Positions 13,900 to 28,443 are shown, counted from the first letter of the stretch. The stretch: DNA of 64,000 bases from Octopus vulgaris (GCA_951406725.2 OX597815.1:149296001-149360000); one strand, 5' to 3'. The notes: generated by a model from the sequence alone, not told the origin. Made by a program: numbers and translations.

Positions 13900-14150
13900 T
13901 GATACACCGGCGGCAAAATCTATCATGCAATGCCTTTTACTGCGAATCAGATAATTTCTGTTCTTTTTTTCTGGTTTTCCTATGTCTTTCTGTGATTCTA
14001 GCAGCTTTTAATAAACTTTCTTCACTATTACCTACATAGGAGTCTACACCTACTCCATGCAGTCTTCCACTGATATCAGCCCTCTTTCACCTTCCTTCCT
14101 AGATGTATATATTCTTGCTACTCCTACACTTGGGTGGAGTCCTCCAATTT
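13900..14150 (-). pseudogene. R4/Dong LINE remnant, post-RT region
   Basis: Minus translation GGLHPSVGVARIYTSRKEGERGLISVEDC, matching the R4-clade LHP..D..RLY..RK.GGRGL.S.EDC motif. Confidence 0.65.
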
Positions 14151-14460
14151 GTGTTATTATTATTATTTCTTTTTATCACAAGCTTTGTTGGTGTTTCCGG
14201 AGTCTTGCATGCGTAGCAGGCTTTGTACCTGCCGCTAACAGTACCATGCTATCCATTCTTTTCAGATATCTAATGTATTCCTCATTATTCTGGCCGTGCC
14301 TTAGAGGCAAACCTTTTGTAACAGTTCTACGTGGCACTTTATTCCTGTTTATTTTATATAATTTATCATTATTATTACTATTATCACTATTATTATTATT
14401 GTTATTATTATTGTTGTTGTTATTGTTCTTAATGATGATGATATTGCTTTTGATGTTGTT

Positions 14461-14514
<54 letters not shown>

Positions 14515-14516
<2 letters not shown>

Positions 14517-14995
14517 GTGCAGGCCATCAAAGCGACAATGGGGTAAAATTTACGAAGCCCAGCATGAATATCCGTCTGAAAAGGGTACACTAGGTACATG
14601 CATCATAACCGTATATGCGTGACGTTGAGATCTCATATCAAGAGAAACAGTGAATGAGAGCTCAGTTAGAATTTTCAAGAAGTTGATTAGCCCATCCCGC
14701 TAAAAATAAATCCCTAAATAAGGGTTGTTTAAGGGTGTTGACGGAAATATACATGTTTCCATGTGTGAATTATTCAAACCCAAATAATTCCCCTCAACTC
14801 ATGGCTATGCTGCACCCCACTACTTCTGTTCGTGATCAGAGATGGACATATCGTCAGCCACTAAGGGACATGCTTAAATGGTTATGGTCAAACAACTGAC
14901 AAGCAAATCTGTGGTACTGAGCAGAATATTTGTTGTAGCCTATCTCTTATACCGAGCCAGTACAATTCACATGATAACACTTCCAGTCATTTAAT
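14515..14995 (+). repeat. Interspersed repeat, probably a LINE 3' end or SINE; second copy at about 40150-40300
   Basis: Shared agccactaagg.acatgct..ggtcaa.caactgacaagcaaatctgtg..tgagca.aatatttg. Confidence 0.6.
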
Positions 14996-15004
14996 TATTA
15001 TACA

Positions 15005-15019
15005 TATTAGTATTATTCA

Positions 15020-15056
<37 letters not shown>

Positions 15057-15079
15057 GTTATTATTATTTTTATTATTAC

Positions 15080-15120
<41 letters not shown>

Positions 15121-15121
15121 C

Positions 15122-15184
<63 letters not shown>
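15005..15184. repeat. (TTA)n microsatellite, probable Dong target
   Basis: Direct inspection; abuts the 3' end of the Dong element. Confidence 0.95.
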
Positions 15185-15587
15185 CTCATTGTCTTTGCAC
15201 AGCTTCTATCACTGGAGTTGTACTACTGTGTCAGCTGTTCACTACCAGTGAACAAAGGTAACACCTCTTATTTTTCGAGCACCTTCCGGTGTATTCGAGC
15301 GGTTCCAAGTAAAGCTGTTTTCTGCAAGTGCTCCACACTTATTCCAGCCCCTGTTCGTTCCGTGTACTTCTCAAGATTTTTACTCACTGTTCCGAGGGCT
15401 CCGACTATTATTGGTACTACTACCACATTTTTCATCGACCACAACTGCTTAACTTCCCAAGTCAACCTGTTATATCTCTCGACTTTTCTGTCTTCCTTAT
15501 CGCATAACTTGTTGTCAGCTGTGCATACTATATGTATGATCCACCATCCTTTGCTTTCTTTCTTAATTAACACTACGTCTGGTATCC

Positions 15588-15637
<50 letters not shown>

Positions 15638-16556
15638 GTCGCACTGAATCATAAAATCCCATAGGATTTTTGCTTTAATCTCTTTCGATGATGATTTGGA
15701 TTTATATTCGTACTACTTTTTTGGCTCTATCAAGTCCATACTTATTGCAAAATGATCAATGATCTATCCTTGCTATGTTGTCATCACGCCTCTTATATTC
15801 CTTCTGGTCTAGTGGTGTGCATTCACTAGTAATATGCCATACGTTTTCACCATTTTGTCCACAAATTCTGCACTTATCTCTGCATGCTTTGTTATCTATC
15901 CTGATTTTGATGTAATTGGAACTTAACGCTTGTTCTTGGGCAGTACCGATTAGAGCCTCCGTTTCCAGTTTTAAATCCCGTTTAGTCACCCATAGCCATC
16001 TTCTTTTCTGTGCCCGTCTCATCTTTAACTTCCCTATGAAATTTTCCAAGCATTCTTTTCTTTATCTAATCATTTTCAATTCCGTTCATTCCGAAATGTT
16101 TGTAGAGTGCTTTATTATTGCAATCTTCCATCCTATACAAGCCTGACCTACTTACTTCTAAAAATGGTGATTGTGTGACATTTTTTACGTACCATGTTTT
16201 CTTCTGCTCTAATGCTGTGTTCGCATCCAATCAGTCCTCTTCCCCTTCTTTTTCTTGGTACATACAGTATGTCTGTGTCACCTTTTGGGTGGAGTATCAC
16301 ATATCTCGTCACCAGCTTCCTTGTATTTCCGTCTAAGCTGTTTAGTTCGTCTACTTACATGCTCTATATATAAGTTGTGAAATCGCCAGGTGTTGATAGC
16401 TTCAATCTTATTCCGTCCGTTTAATTTCGATTTAAGGATCAATCTCACTCTGCGCAGTTACTCCATCTTAATTTTTTCTGTAATTTCTTTCTCCATCAAT
16501 ATATCCATTTCCAATATCTTCAAGTACTTATAGCCCGTCTTTTCTATCTGCTTCAT
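15185..16556 (-). mobile_element. 5'-truncated, decayed R4/Dong-clade LINE (end of RT, CCHC finger, REL endonuclease)
   Basis: GYKYLKILEMD; KAINTW; ETEALIGTAQEQAL..CRICGQNGENVWHITSEC..EYKRR; ILWDF.IQCDH..PDVV; K..RY..L; VVPIIVGALG..LQKTALLGTARI. Confidence 0.9.
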
Positions 16557-17604
16557 CACCATCATCATCATAATCCTCATAATCAACATCATGAAGCTGG
16601 TGAGTCGAGCAATATACTCAGCAACTTCTCGTCCACCCTTTTGTTCTGAGTTTAAATTCAGCTGAAATCGATCTTGCTCTCTTTTCTTTCCGGGTCGAGG
16701 AAATAAGTACCTGTTCTCCACTATAGCAGAAATTATTCTTGGTGTCCTTCCAGCTCTTTAGAGTAGAAATCCCGTCGATATCAACTTCAACTTTAAATCG
16801 CCCGAGTTTTAAAAAATCAAATTGCCGGTCAAGTTATGACTTCGATCCTAATATCACACGCACCGTAGAACAAATGTCGCTGTTCCTAAGTCAGAAGCAT
16901 TAATTTTAAGGGTTGTTAATGTTATTGCTTGTTGAAATTTCTCTTAATGTATCAAGTCTTCAACATTTTCTTCCAGCATCCTGTATCACCGCTAACTTCA
17001 CATTTGCATTCCTGAAATGTGTACGACATTGTCAATAATGTATGTGGACACATTTTTTTATGTGCTTCGTTGTTTCTTAATGCTGTTGGCTGATTTGTCA
17101 CTTTTTCAGGTTGTTTATGATTATGGGAAATGAAGATGATTATTATGATTATGATTATGATATTTAGTTTTTGTATTGTTATTGATGATGTTAACATTTT
17201 CATAGCTAATTTCTTATTTTCCATTTTACTCCTTGCAATGAGTAAAACTAGAAATTATTGATTATTTCTCACAGCATCTTTGTTTTTTATCCAAATCCTT
17301 ATACATTAATTATTATTAATTCCTGTTTACAATCTATACTCGCCTTTGTAACTCTTAGGTTCCAGAGCAGGCTTCTGAATTTCGAGCTTCAAAAGAAATA
17401 AAATTTTAGAACTCTAAAGAGCATTTCTTATTTTGCTTTAAAACGTGTTTCTGCTGGATCTTGTTTTATCAAATTTATATATATCTCTTTGCATTTAATT
17501 TGAAATATTTCAGAAATTAATGCATTATTATCTTTCGGAAAATTATATTAGTATATATTTAAAGTTCTTTAACGTTAATATGTTATAATCAGTGCTAAGA
17601 AAAA

Positions 17605-17985
17605 TCTGGCAGAAACGTTAGCACGCCGGGCGAAACGAGTAGCCGTATTTCGTCTGCCGTTACATTCTGAGTTCAAATTCCGCCGAGGTCGACTGGGCCT
17701 TTCATCTTTTGGGGGCGATAAATTAAGTACCAGTTACGCACTAGGGTCGATGTAATCGACTTAATCCGTTTGTCTGTCCTTCTTTGTCCCCTCTGGGTTT
17801 AGCTCCTTGTGGGTAGTAAAGAGATAAGTATTTTGTCTGACGCTACGTTCTGAGTTCAAATTCCACCGAGGTCAACGTTTCGGTGCCGTTGAAATAAGTA
17901 CCAGTTGAGTACTGGGGTTTATGTAATTCACTGTCCCTCTCCCCCAAAATTCCAAGCCTTGTGCCTATAGTAAAAATTATTGTTA
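17605..17985 (+). mobile_element. SINE family A plus partial tandem copy
   Basis: Same head and core as 6825 and 7585; core repeated from about 17830. Confidence 0.85.
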
Positions 17986-18863
17986 TTATCGGTGTTATGT
18001 CTTACAAGATATTCCCATACGTTAACGCTTTTTGTATCCATATAAATTGAGACATATCATAACCGTACCACTTCGGATTTGAAAACTGTCGCACATTTGA
18101 TCTGATCGTGCATTTTGAGATTTATCATATCAACGACATCTTTACTCTTTTAACTAGCGTTAGTTTTTACACATTCGCCAGCTGCTTATCTTCGCATTTT
18201 CAAAACCATAATTCCAAAGTTAACAGTTTTACGATTGTAACCGATTGTTTGCTTGGTGTTAAGATATTGTTGAATTAAATTTTATGTGTTTTACATGCAC
18301 GTGTTTAATTACTAACAGAACTGAGAAATAACTTTTCGGCGTGTTATCTTAAAACTACGTGCACGAGAACGCACATGTGTGTATTACAAACATACATTCG
18401 TGTATAAATCGTCTTCACAGTTCTATTCAGAGTTCTTTGAACGAAACGACTTTGATGATGAATAAGGTATTAGGTGCCACCCTCCTTCAAGATTGCCTCT
18501 CTAGACTTCCAAAAGTGGTTCTAAAAAATTCAGTAAACAAGGTCGGCGGGGAAGCGGAACCCGCACTAGGAGCTCACTTGGTAGTTAGCGCGCAACCGTT
18601 GTTTGATGGTAGAGATCTTCCGCTTGATCTAGGATCGTTGATCTAGGATACTTATCCGTTGTCCAACCCGCTGCTGCTGACGTCTTCGCCCTATACCTGC
18701 CACAGGAGACTAAGGTGTCACAAGAACTTGCCCAGGGTGCCATCCCAGTCTAAGGCTGCTACTGATGTGAGCGCCATACTGCATCATGCATACACACATG
18801 CATATAGATACATAGTTATGTATTTATATATGTATGAATGCACGAAAGTATGTATGTATGTAT

Positions 18864-18964
<101 letters not shown>

Positions 18965-21900
18965 TATAGAAATGTAACGAATAACAAAGTATAATAAAAG
19001 TAAAATATATCAAGAAAATATTTTACATAAAGTCATCAACGTATCCCATCATTTTTATTACTTTCTGGCAGATTCGAACGAGTGTATCAGATCGATGCTG
19101 TTCAAGCCAGACTTGAACTGATCAGTATGTCAATAAGCAGCGAGATGATGATGAGGCACAGTGAGAGACCCGGGTGACGAAATGTAATTAACAAATAAAG
19201 AAAATTGAGGTTGAGAAATGTCATGAACCGCCTAGCGTAACTACGAACGAAACTCTTTCTCTGACTGATACTGCCCTAAAGGCCAACAGTACTTTTGTCA
19301 TGTGAATAATTTAGACTAATTCTGTTTGACAACCTGTCTTTCAGAAAACATATGTAGGATAACACTAGTTGATTGCTTCAATATATCAACGTTCACCAAT
19401 GTTACGAAAACATTCCCTCTTTATCTAAAAGAATACTAATCGCAAACACATTCACACACATAATATAATGGAATGGCATATAATTTTCTTATTTTCGTTT
19501 TTTTTTTTTGTTCTAAGGCATTATCACATCTGGTATTTCCTTCTAAAAAAGGATAGATATATATTGAAGAATTGTTTACGAACTGTAATCATTACGACAC
19601 CTTTTATTTTCCCGGTCCACTATTTTCTCTTTCCACTTTTTACTTTCTACTTTCTCCCTACCCCACTAGCTTCAGCCTACTAGCTTTAGCTAAAATACAT
19701 TCAGATGCACCAGAGTTAAGTTCTTCATAAAAGAGTTTGATTTATGGCTCTGTCACTTAAACTTCCCCTTCCTCTACCTATAGATAGATACATTCTTGAT
19801 TGTATCCACTGATATTAATAGAATCCCCTCCCCAATGGTAAATCTAAATAACACATTAAATTCAGTGATAAGAAATCTACCCATGAGTAAAGATATTTTA
19901 CTACCATGTTTTTACTGATGAAATTCACCTCTCTGTCTATATACCTACCCTCTTTGTAATGTTGGCACATGGAATAAGTAGAAAAATGAACATTGTCAAT
20001 TTAATTCAAAAATTCTATATGTGGCTGAAGATTGCTCTACATTTTAAAAGTGATATAATACTTACATTGTTTAATTAAATGAAGTAGCATAAAACGATTG
20101 TACTACACTATCTTTGGATATCCTTGGTACTTATTTTGATTATATATATGTATATATATATATATAAAACAAAAACTTTTATACAATTTATAGGTACCTA
20201 TTCATGCAACATCAGGGGTAAGCTCCTAGCAGAATTTTCGTTCCCTACTCGGAGGAGAAATAAACAGGGCAACCTATACGTGTATTTCGTGGACACCATT
20301 AACGATGTTCTATTAGATATATTTTATTGTATCCGTTGTTCTTTGTAATGTGGCTCTTTAATTTCAAAGGCACATGTTTCAGAATCACGTTCTGTTTCTG
20401 TGATTCAGTCTGAAACGGCGAAATATTTATTTCCAATAATTATTTCTTATGTTTTGCTCGATGTTCTACAGTATAGACTGTATATTATAATATGCGATAT
20501 TCTTTTGATATTGCACTAGCAATTAGAAACGTATAAAAAACTGACTTTTATAGTCAAGTTCGTATTGTTTTATCCACTCATTAGATATGCGTTTTCTACA
20601 CTGTATTTCTGATATATTCGCAAGTATATTAATAAAAAAAACACATCCTGGCAACATAATTAACACTTGTAATATTTCACTAATTATTAGCATATTTTAT
20701 CTATTCCATAGCGCAATCAATATTTTGGTCATAAATATATATTATATATGTCTTTGTTTCTATATTAGAAAGGAAATACGAAGCAACATGTAATTAATTT
20801 TTAAAGAATATTGAAAAATGCAAAAAGCAACTTATTCTTTGTCTGGCCATTGTCATTATAAGTTTAAAATTATTTCCAAATAGTTGCTGCTGTTTTTCGT
20901 TCTTCGTAATTCTGAATAAAGTCTGAAATAATTCAACTTGGTTACAAAATATAAACTATGTTATTATCTTTTAGTAGTTGAAAACCCAACACCTAGTAAT
21001 TATTTGTTCATGATATATATCAAATTTTAAATCCTTTTTACGCTTCTCAAGTGATATAGAATTTCATTGAAACACATTTAGAAAGTTAGAACGAAATGCT
21101 ATAAAATCTCTCAAGATTAATTTCATTATTATCTTCTTTGAAATTTAGTTCTAGTAATGAGATAATTGCTATAGGCTTTCGTGGTTTCGAGACAATAGTA
21201 TAAATCCATTATGTGGCAAATATTAGTTTGTATAAGATATCCCTTAGCTATCAACTGATTTTAACATTACTTTATACGTGGCAGAACATCTGAAATATTT
21301 TTACACAATACGCCAATAAAATATTTCATATTTACTACTCTAAAGTTACTTTACTCTTCCAGTTGTTTGGAAATTTTCTGCGATGTATAATCGATCCTAT
21401 AACTTTCTTCAGCATAATCGAAACATATATACACGTGATTATAAGCAAACCAGTGCAAAACTAACAGCACATTCATCATTGCAATTTAGAGCCCTGTTTT
21501 CTCTATATCCTTACCATTTAGAGCCCCGTTTTTCCTATATCTGTCTTGGAACTTCCATTGCCTCATTCTGCTGTAATGGTAGAAGCGTATACGATTTCTT
21601 GTTGATTTGTTGAATACATATACGACCAACGTATGGAATAAATTATATTCGGTAAGTGATCAAATCAACATTTTAACAAATAAACTAAGATATATTTAAT
21701 TAGCTGCAGCAATATATGCACTAATTAATCACTTCTGAATTAATCACAAACTATAAGTCTTAATAAGATACAAGAAAATATGTTTCATTTAATTTAGACA
21801 TTTAGGAGGATTCTATATGAAATAAACTTTAAGAAAAATAAACTAATATAGACATTAACATACTTGATGTAGTGAGCCAATAAATTTTAGGTAAAAAATT

Positions 21901-22496
21901 AATTAATTAATAAAAATACATGGTTCTTTAAATAATTAATTCTGTTCAGATAATGTTTTGGATAAGACTGCGTGTGTACAATTAATATGAATTAATATGT
22001 ATAGAATGCAGTATAGAAATACACTTACCAATGGGATTATGGTTGCCAGTGCAGAGAACTGACCGTCGTATTAAACCTCATCAGCAAGGCAGAGGGAAAA
22101 CATATCGCTATTAGAATATAAACAGAAGTCCAAGGATGTTTGTGTATGCATACTGTATTGCTTGATGATATCAAACAGTGAATTCAAATAAAACACAAGG
22201 AAGCTTATTAGTTGCCTAACGTATACCTCAATGAAAAATTGAATTTTGTACATATTTTATATATATGTGCAACTTAATTTACATAATTTAAATTGTAGGT
22301 ATATTAGAATGACATATACAATGTTGTTACCAGATCAAATATGCTTATTTGAACTCATAAGAAAGGTTTTCATCTTATTTTTCGAGAAGAAATTTTTTCA
22401 CTGTCGACAAATAGGTGTAAATACACTGAGTCAGATCACAGCAACACCTAACCAGACTTAGGATTTCTGAACATATGCCCCAAGCATGTTTGAACT

Positions 22497-22868
22497 CTTT
22501 TAATCTTTTACTTGTTTCAGTCATTTGACTGTGGCCATGTTGGAGCACCGCCTTTAGTCGAGCAAATCGACTCCCAGGACTTATTCTTTGGAAGCCTAGT
22601 GCTTATTCTACCGGACTCTTTTGCCGAACCACTAGGTTACGGGGACGTAAACACACCACATCACCATCGGTTATCAAGCAATTGGGGGGGGGTAAACACA
22701 GACACAACCATACACACACACGCATATATATACGACGGACTTCTTTCAGTTTCCGTCTACCAAATCCACTCACACGGCTTTGGTCGTCCCGAGCATATAG
22801 TAGAAGACACTTGCTCAAGGTGCCATGCTGTGGGAATGAATCCGGAACCATGTGGTTGGTAAGCAATC
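22497..22868 (-). mobile_element. SINE family B
   Basis: Reverse complement matches 8285-8757. Confidence 0.85.
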
Positions 22869-23039
22869 TACTTTATTTCATAAAATGTGTCAAATAGACA
22901 GTAGAAAGATTGGGTAGCTTTGCGGGCTGGACAAACATTAATGAATGAAAATGAAACAAAGCGAATAAATGAGAGAAGAAACCCAACACCCGACGATTGG
23001 ATTTTTCTGGAAAACATATTTTCGTTTTTAAAAAATCAA

Positions 23040-24830
23040 CAAGAAGGAGACACTAAAACCTCTTACTTCACGTGTTTTTTTTAAAAAAAACACAATTGCG
23101 GTTATAAACCACTACAAAAATACAATAAGATGAGGTTTCAAACCCTCCAACGAAGCTTTTTCACTTCTACTCATCGATATATCCATCAATATATCCATCA
23201 TTATCTTCAATACCGCTTGAGTTCCTGTATCCTGCCAATTCCCATGCCTCTCTCATCTAGGGCATGGAAGTCCTGTAAGGGCCACCCGGCCATGTGCGAC
23301 ACTCCTCCCCAAATCCTTGAAGCCTTTCCCACAAGAGAAATCTTATGACCTCCACAGCTATCTGCGGAGGCCATTCGGGATCCGTGTGAAGGGCATAGCT
23401 ACTCTCTGTTTATATTCTACTATTTTTCCACCTCCCCGCCCCTGCAGAAAAAGATAATTAATTCATCAACTTTAATGGTGGCGGTCGTTTCTTCCACCGT
23501 GGGTGGCACAACTTCGGGACATGCAGACGGCACATCATCTCACCCCTACGATGACCCGTTCTTCTTGTTTTTCTTTACTTCCTGACTTCGAGAGAGTGGA
23601 GCTCTTCCGCGTTGTCCAGAGTCTCTCGCCCACCTCCCGAAGCCTTAGGGTCCTTCGGCGGGCAACTATTGTTGCCCGCCTTCTTCCTTTTTAATCAGGT
23701 TGAATACTCTTCAACCAGATCCACCTCTCCCTTTGCCCAGGTAGGTGAGGTGGCATCCAGTGACTGTTCCAGGACCTTGGGCAGTTCTTTTTAATGTGGC
23801 CTGGCTGCAGGCAAGAGTGACACTTGGGGTGGGGACGTCCCTCAAGTATCACCGCATGCCTGCGGTCAGCCATTTAAAACAAAATTATGATGGTGTCCAC
23901 AGGGTCAAAATCGGTTTTGACCCTTCCCAATCGACCGTCGGCAATACCCTTACATTTAAGAGCCTGGGCCTGCTATCCCCCAGTACCCCTGGGATGGTAT
24001 CTTCAATCCAACCCGCCTCGGTCCGTGGGGGTAATCCACATACCCAGGCTCTTATTAATTTCCTCCCGCACTACAACGGGAAGAACAGAATTTCATTGTC
24101 CTCTAAAGGCTGACTCGCAAAATTGCGAGCCTTGTCCCGGTTGTCAAACAGCAACTATACAGTTGGATGTTTCAGACCTCGGGATATGTATTTCACAGAG
24201 GACAAATAGTCTTTCAGTACATTTTCTATAACTGCCTTTGGGAAGAACTTTAGAATAAGTTCTTACCACCACGGTCCTCTTCTCCATATCTTTTAACCAC
24301 TGCTTGGGTGGTACGATCTCCCACTCCAAAGCCGCGGGACCATTCTTTATCGCCATGACGAAGAAAGTTGAAATGTCCACAAAAATAGAAATAAACTAGA
24401 GAAAAAAAGTCCGAATGAAAACAAAAAGGACAGTTCAAAAATTAGAAGGAAAAACAAGGAAAAAATAAAAATATGGTTCCAAATAGCAACTACACAATTC
24501 CGGCCACAGGTATTCCTGGCCCTCTTCTTTGGCTGGTACTCCGAGCTGGAATCTTAAATCTACAGAAGACGAATATTCGCCACAATGGGGCACAAAAATG
24601 TTCAATGACTGGAACAAACTTCAATTTTGGGGCGGGGATACGCCCCCAACATTCTTTTCAACAGGGAGAAATCGCAATAGCCGCCGAGAGCAGGTGAAAT
24701 TGTCCCATACCTGGGCGAAATTTACTGAAAAAGATTCCAAAATAATAAATCACGCCGAGCTCAAAATAAACAAAATCACCTACCACGAACGGACTTTTGA
24801 TTCTCAGTTTTAGGACGGAGCAGACTAGCT
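23040..24830 (-). mobile_element. Decayed L1/Tx1-type ORF1 (gag-like) element fragment
   Basis: GC-richer block; minus frames give RAWVCGLPP and VILEGRPHPKCHSCLQPGHIKKNCP (CX2CX4HX4C zinc knuckle); stops and frameshifts; no ORF2 seen. Confidence 0.6.
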
Positions 24831-25483
24831 CAAGCCCTCCTTTTCCAAGTTTTGAAGTAAAACACCAATGCGCAAGTGAGGAAGCAAGCTACTTACAACA
24901 CAGCCACTCTTACGCGTAACAATTTTTTATTCATACACATAACTGCTTAGCGCTGTTACTCCATATTGGAATAATGCTTGTAAACGCTTTTCCTTAAATA
25001 AACAGGGAAGACAATCGTTTGAATTTAGATGATTTTATATTTATTAAATATACAATAAAGATAGGAATGATAAGTGACCTTGCAATGATTCCGAACTTGT
25101 ATCTACCTAACTCAATTTTGAATATTTGTATTTCCACATACGTAACAAGATATTTGTTTATGGCCTCCTAAAGATATAAATCCCCAGAACTTTAATATGT
25201 ATCGCCACTTAAACTATACTACTGTAGATACCAGCAAGAGAAATTCTCATATTGATTTTTGGTGTATAATGCATGCTTATTTACATCTCTAGCTGTGAGA
25301 TATATCCCCGCCACTTCCAACGTCGCAACAACCTGATCATGTGATTTTGACCTTCCTTGACCTTGTCAATGATGGATGCTTGACTGCTAGAGGCAGCAGC
25401 GTCTCATCTTCCAACTAGCGATATATAGATCATCAGTGCCAGATGGCATAGTGATTGTCCAGTAAGCTTGTTAAAAAAATATA

Positions 25484-26355
25484 CGTGGTCTGATCAATAA
25501 GACTCCGGACTGTTGCCATAGTAACGAAGCTAAAGCACACAGATTAAAGCCATGCTTGGCACAAGTTGACATGAACTCTGCTCTGTATGCACATTTTAAG
25601 CGTTCTAGCTCAATTCCGCTGTTCACAACAGCCCTTGGAAGGAAGGTGTGTAGCGTGCAATAGTCGCCTAGACCATGAGAAAGCAGGTTGGGCCGCGAAA
25701 CTATTTCAAATCTTGCCAAAAACTTGGCGATACCTGCTGAGAGTAATATGCAAAGCTTTCAAAAAGTTTTCATCATTCTCGACTCAATCAAAGAAATCTT
25801 GTGCAACTGAAACCCTGTCTGGTCAGCTGAAAGCAGTTTTTGCACAAATTTGGCAGACGAGAGTCTTACACTCAAATCATCAGTGACAATGGACTGAACT
25901 GAACCGTAACTAATCTGCACATCCTTTGATAAGACATGGTTGGTGATTCGACGATTTCCCCACATAGCTGCACGCACATCTACGATGTTTTCCTCAGTTC
26001 TGCTGGTTGCGTGTCTCCCAGAACATTTGTCAATATCGACATTTTTTCTGCCATGTTGGAAACAGCTGGACCTCTCATACACTTGTGTGCAGCTCATACA
26101 CTTCTCCCCATACACTTCCAGCCACTTTACGTCGGTCTCTGAGCAGGTTCGCCTAGACAGCTAACTCTGTTGTGGTCAATGCGACGATCACATGCTACAC
26201 ATCTTCCTTTCAATCACTGCTGTAAACAGCGGAGGTGGGCTAGAACGTTAAAACTTAATCCACATGCAAAGCAGAGATTGAAGTCAATTTGTGCAAAGCG
26301 GCTTCATTCTGTCTGCTTTGGCTTTGTTACTATGATTCTTATTGGTCAGACCACG
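25484..26355 (-). mobile_element. Non-autonomous mariner derivative with long inverted ends
   Basis: TA-flanked TIRs cgtggtctgatcaataag / cttattggtcagaccacg; minus frame encodes mariner N-terminal HTH region (VYGEKCMSCTQVYE..SGRHATSRTEENI..RRIT..ISYGSVQSIVTDDL..SAKFVQKLL). Confidence 0.85.
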
Positions 26356-26980
26356 TACATTTTCACTCCACGAGCTTTAGCTTCGTTATTATAGCAACAA
26401 TCAGGATACGTACTGATCAAACCTCGCATATTAGCAACTGAAGCAGTATTTATACCGAGAGAAAATATTTATCCCTGATTGAATGCGGATGTTCTCTTAG
26501 AACAAACTTTACTGCAGTAGTTATTACTCGAGAAATTATATCTATATAGTAAATCGATACACGAATGTTGGGACTGAAACCGTTCCTCTATGTACTTGGG
26601 GAGGAATGTATTCAGTCATTAATTATAAGGGTACTGAGTTAAAACCCTTATAACCTTTATAGATTCATTTTGGAGAGAAAGAACAAGATCGGCAGCTGAT
26701 TTAATTCGAGCCTAAAATTTCTAAACGGAAACAACAGCCAATTATACAAACACAAACATCACGTTTGTTGACGGCAACCCAAACTACACGTCTGCTGTTA
26801 AATAGGATGTGCGTAATACGCAACGGTTGACTGCGCTTTCAGCTTAGAAATGAGAAGAATATTTTTTTTGTTTCACATATTTGAACCGCTCTGAAATTTG
26901 AAGAAAAAAAAGCCTACAGCGGAAATAAAAATTATAGAAAATTTATTTTGAATGGTACAAAATCCAAAAGCTTCGCATCG

Positions 26981-27047
<67 letters not shown>

Positions 27048-27063
27048 GACGCGAAGATTTTGG

Positions 27064-27145
<82 letters not shown>

Positions 27146-28282
27146 CACAGAAGGTCAAACTGAAATATATCCGTTACAACGGTACACTGTGTTTTCGGGG
27201 TTTATTTACTCATTACAATATCTGGCAGTTTCACAGAAAGGAGGTAAAACCACCAGTTTCAAAAGGAAGTGTAACAGCAATACGGACATTTGAATGACTA
27301 CTAATTTATCTTTAGTAGCATGATGAATGACAATTCCTGTCCGAGATCATTACAACTGCAACGGAAAGCGAATAAATGACGCAAAGAGATTTATATTAAG
27401 ATCCTGCAGATTATGTCATAGTGTACGTTTGAAATTAATGTGAATATTGGCATCAAATATTCGAATACAAATTAGCTGTGCCTCAACTTAGCAGGGCCGA
27501 TAACACGTACACTTCGTTCCTAGATACATGTGTGTGATACAGATCAGGTATTACTGAATCATAAAATATAAGCCCAATGCAGTAGAAGGCGCGTTGCTTC
27601 GATTACAGAGCAGAATTTTAAAGAATACAATTAAACAACAATAAGAAAGATATACCAAGAAAAGGTATTAAACATATACACCTACGTATACACGTATGAG
27701 AGTGTGGATATACCTACGCGCGCGCGCAGGCGTGTGTGTGTGTGTGTGTATGCATTATTAGATAGGTAAATATGTCTAATTGACAGAGTTGCATCAAAGT
27801 TTCGTCTGATGTATTTTAAAATTCACTGTGGGTCATTTATTTTAGAGCGTTTCTGAACGGTTCATTAATCCATAATTTTTCATAAATTGAAAACCACGTC
27901 GTTCATGAATGTTAGTATGTGCGCTTATGTAAATCACTTCCTTTTAAGCAGTACGTGTACCAAAATGAATATATTTCACGATTAACTGATGCATTGCTGT
28001 CGCATTTACCATTTGTCATATGAAGGAGAATTAACATCTGACATATCACATTCCAGGTAGTCTGTCACTAACAACAGCATGCATATATATATACAACAAG
28101 ACCAACGACATCAGACATCTTAATTAACGAAAGAAAAATCAGGGGTGATAGAATATACAGTGCACAGACACGGAAATATATCGATTCAACCAGAGCCCCT
28201 ATCAAGCAACGTCAATACAACTACAGGTCCACTTTTACGATGCCGTAAATCAGTAGGTCTTAACATTTTCAGTTGCTTCCAA

Positions 28283-28377
28283 CAGTGGTTGCCAATCTTT
28301 TATTTAAATGACTATTACTACGGACATATTTTAATATGCTTAACCTTATGTATATACACATGTGTGTGTTTGTGTGT

Positions 28378-28443
<66 letters not shown>

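Noticed and set aside
19050-19180. Acceptor-like ctttctggcag followed by a short open frame
   Set aside because: No recognisable protein and no partner exons
20190-22230. Splice-like signals (minus-strand donor at about 22028, acceptor at about 20410; plus-strand donor at about 21651)
   Set aside because: Joined frames have stops or no start and no homology; a lncRNA cannot be excluded without RNA-seq
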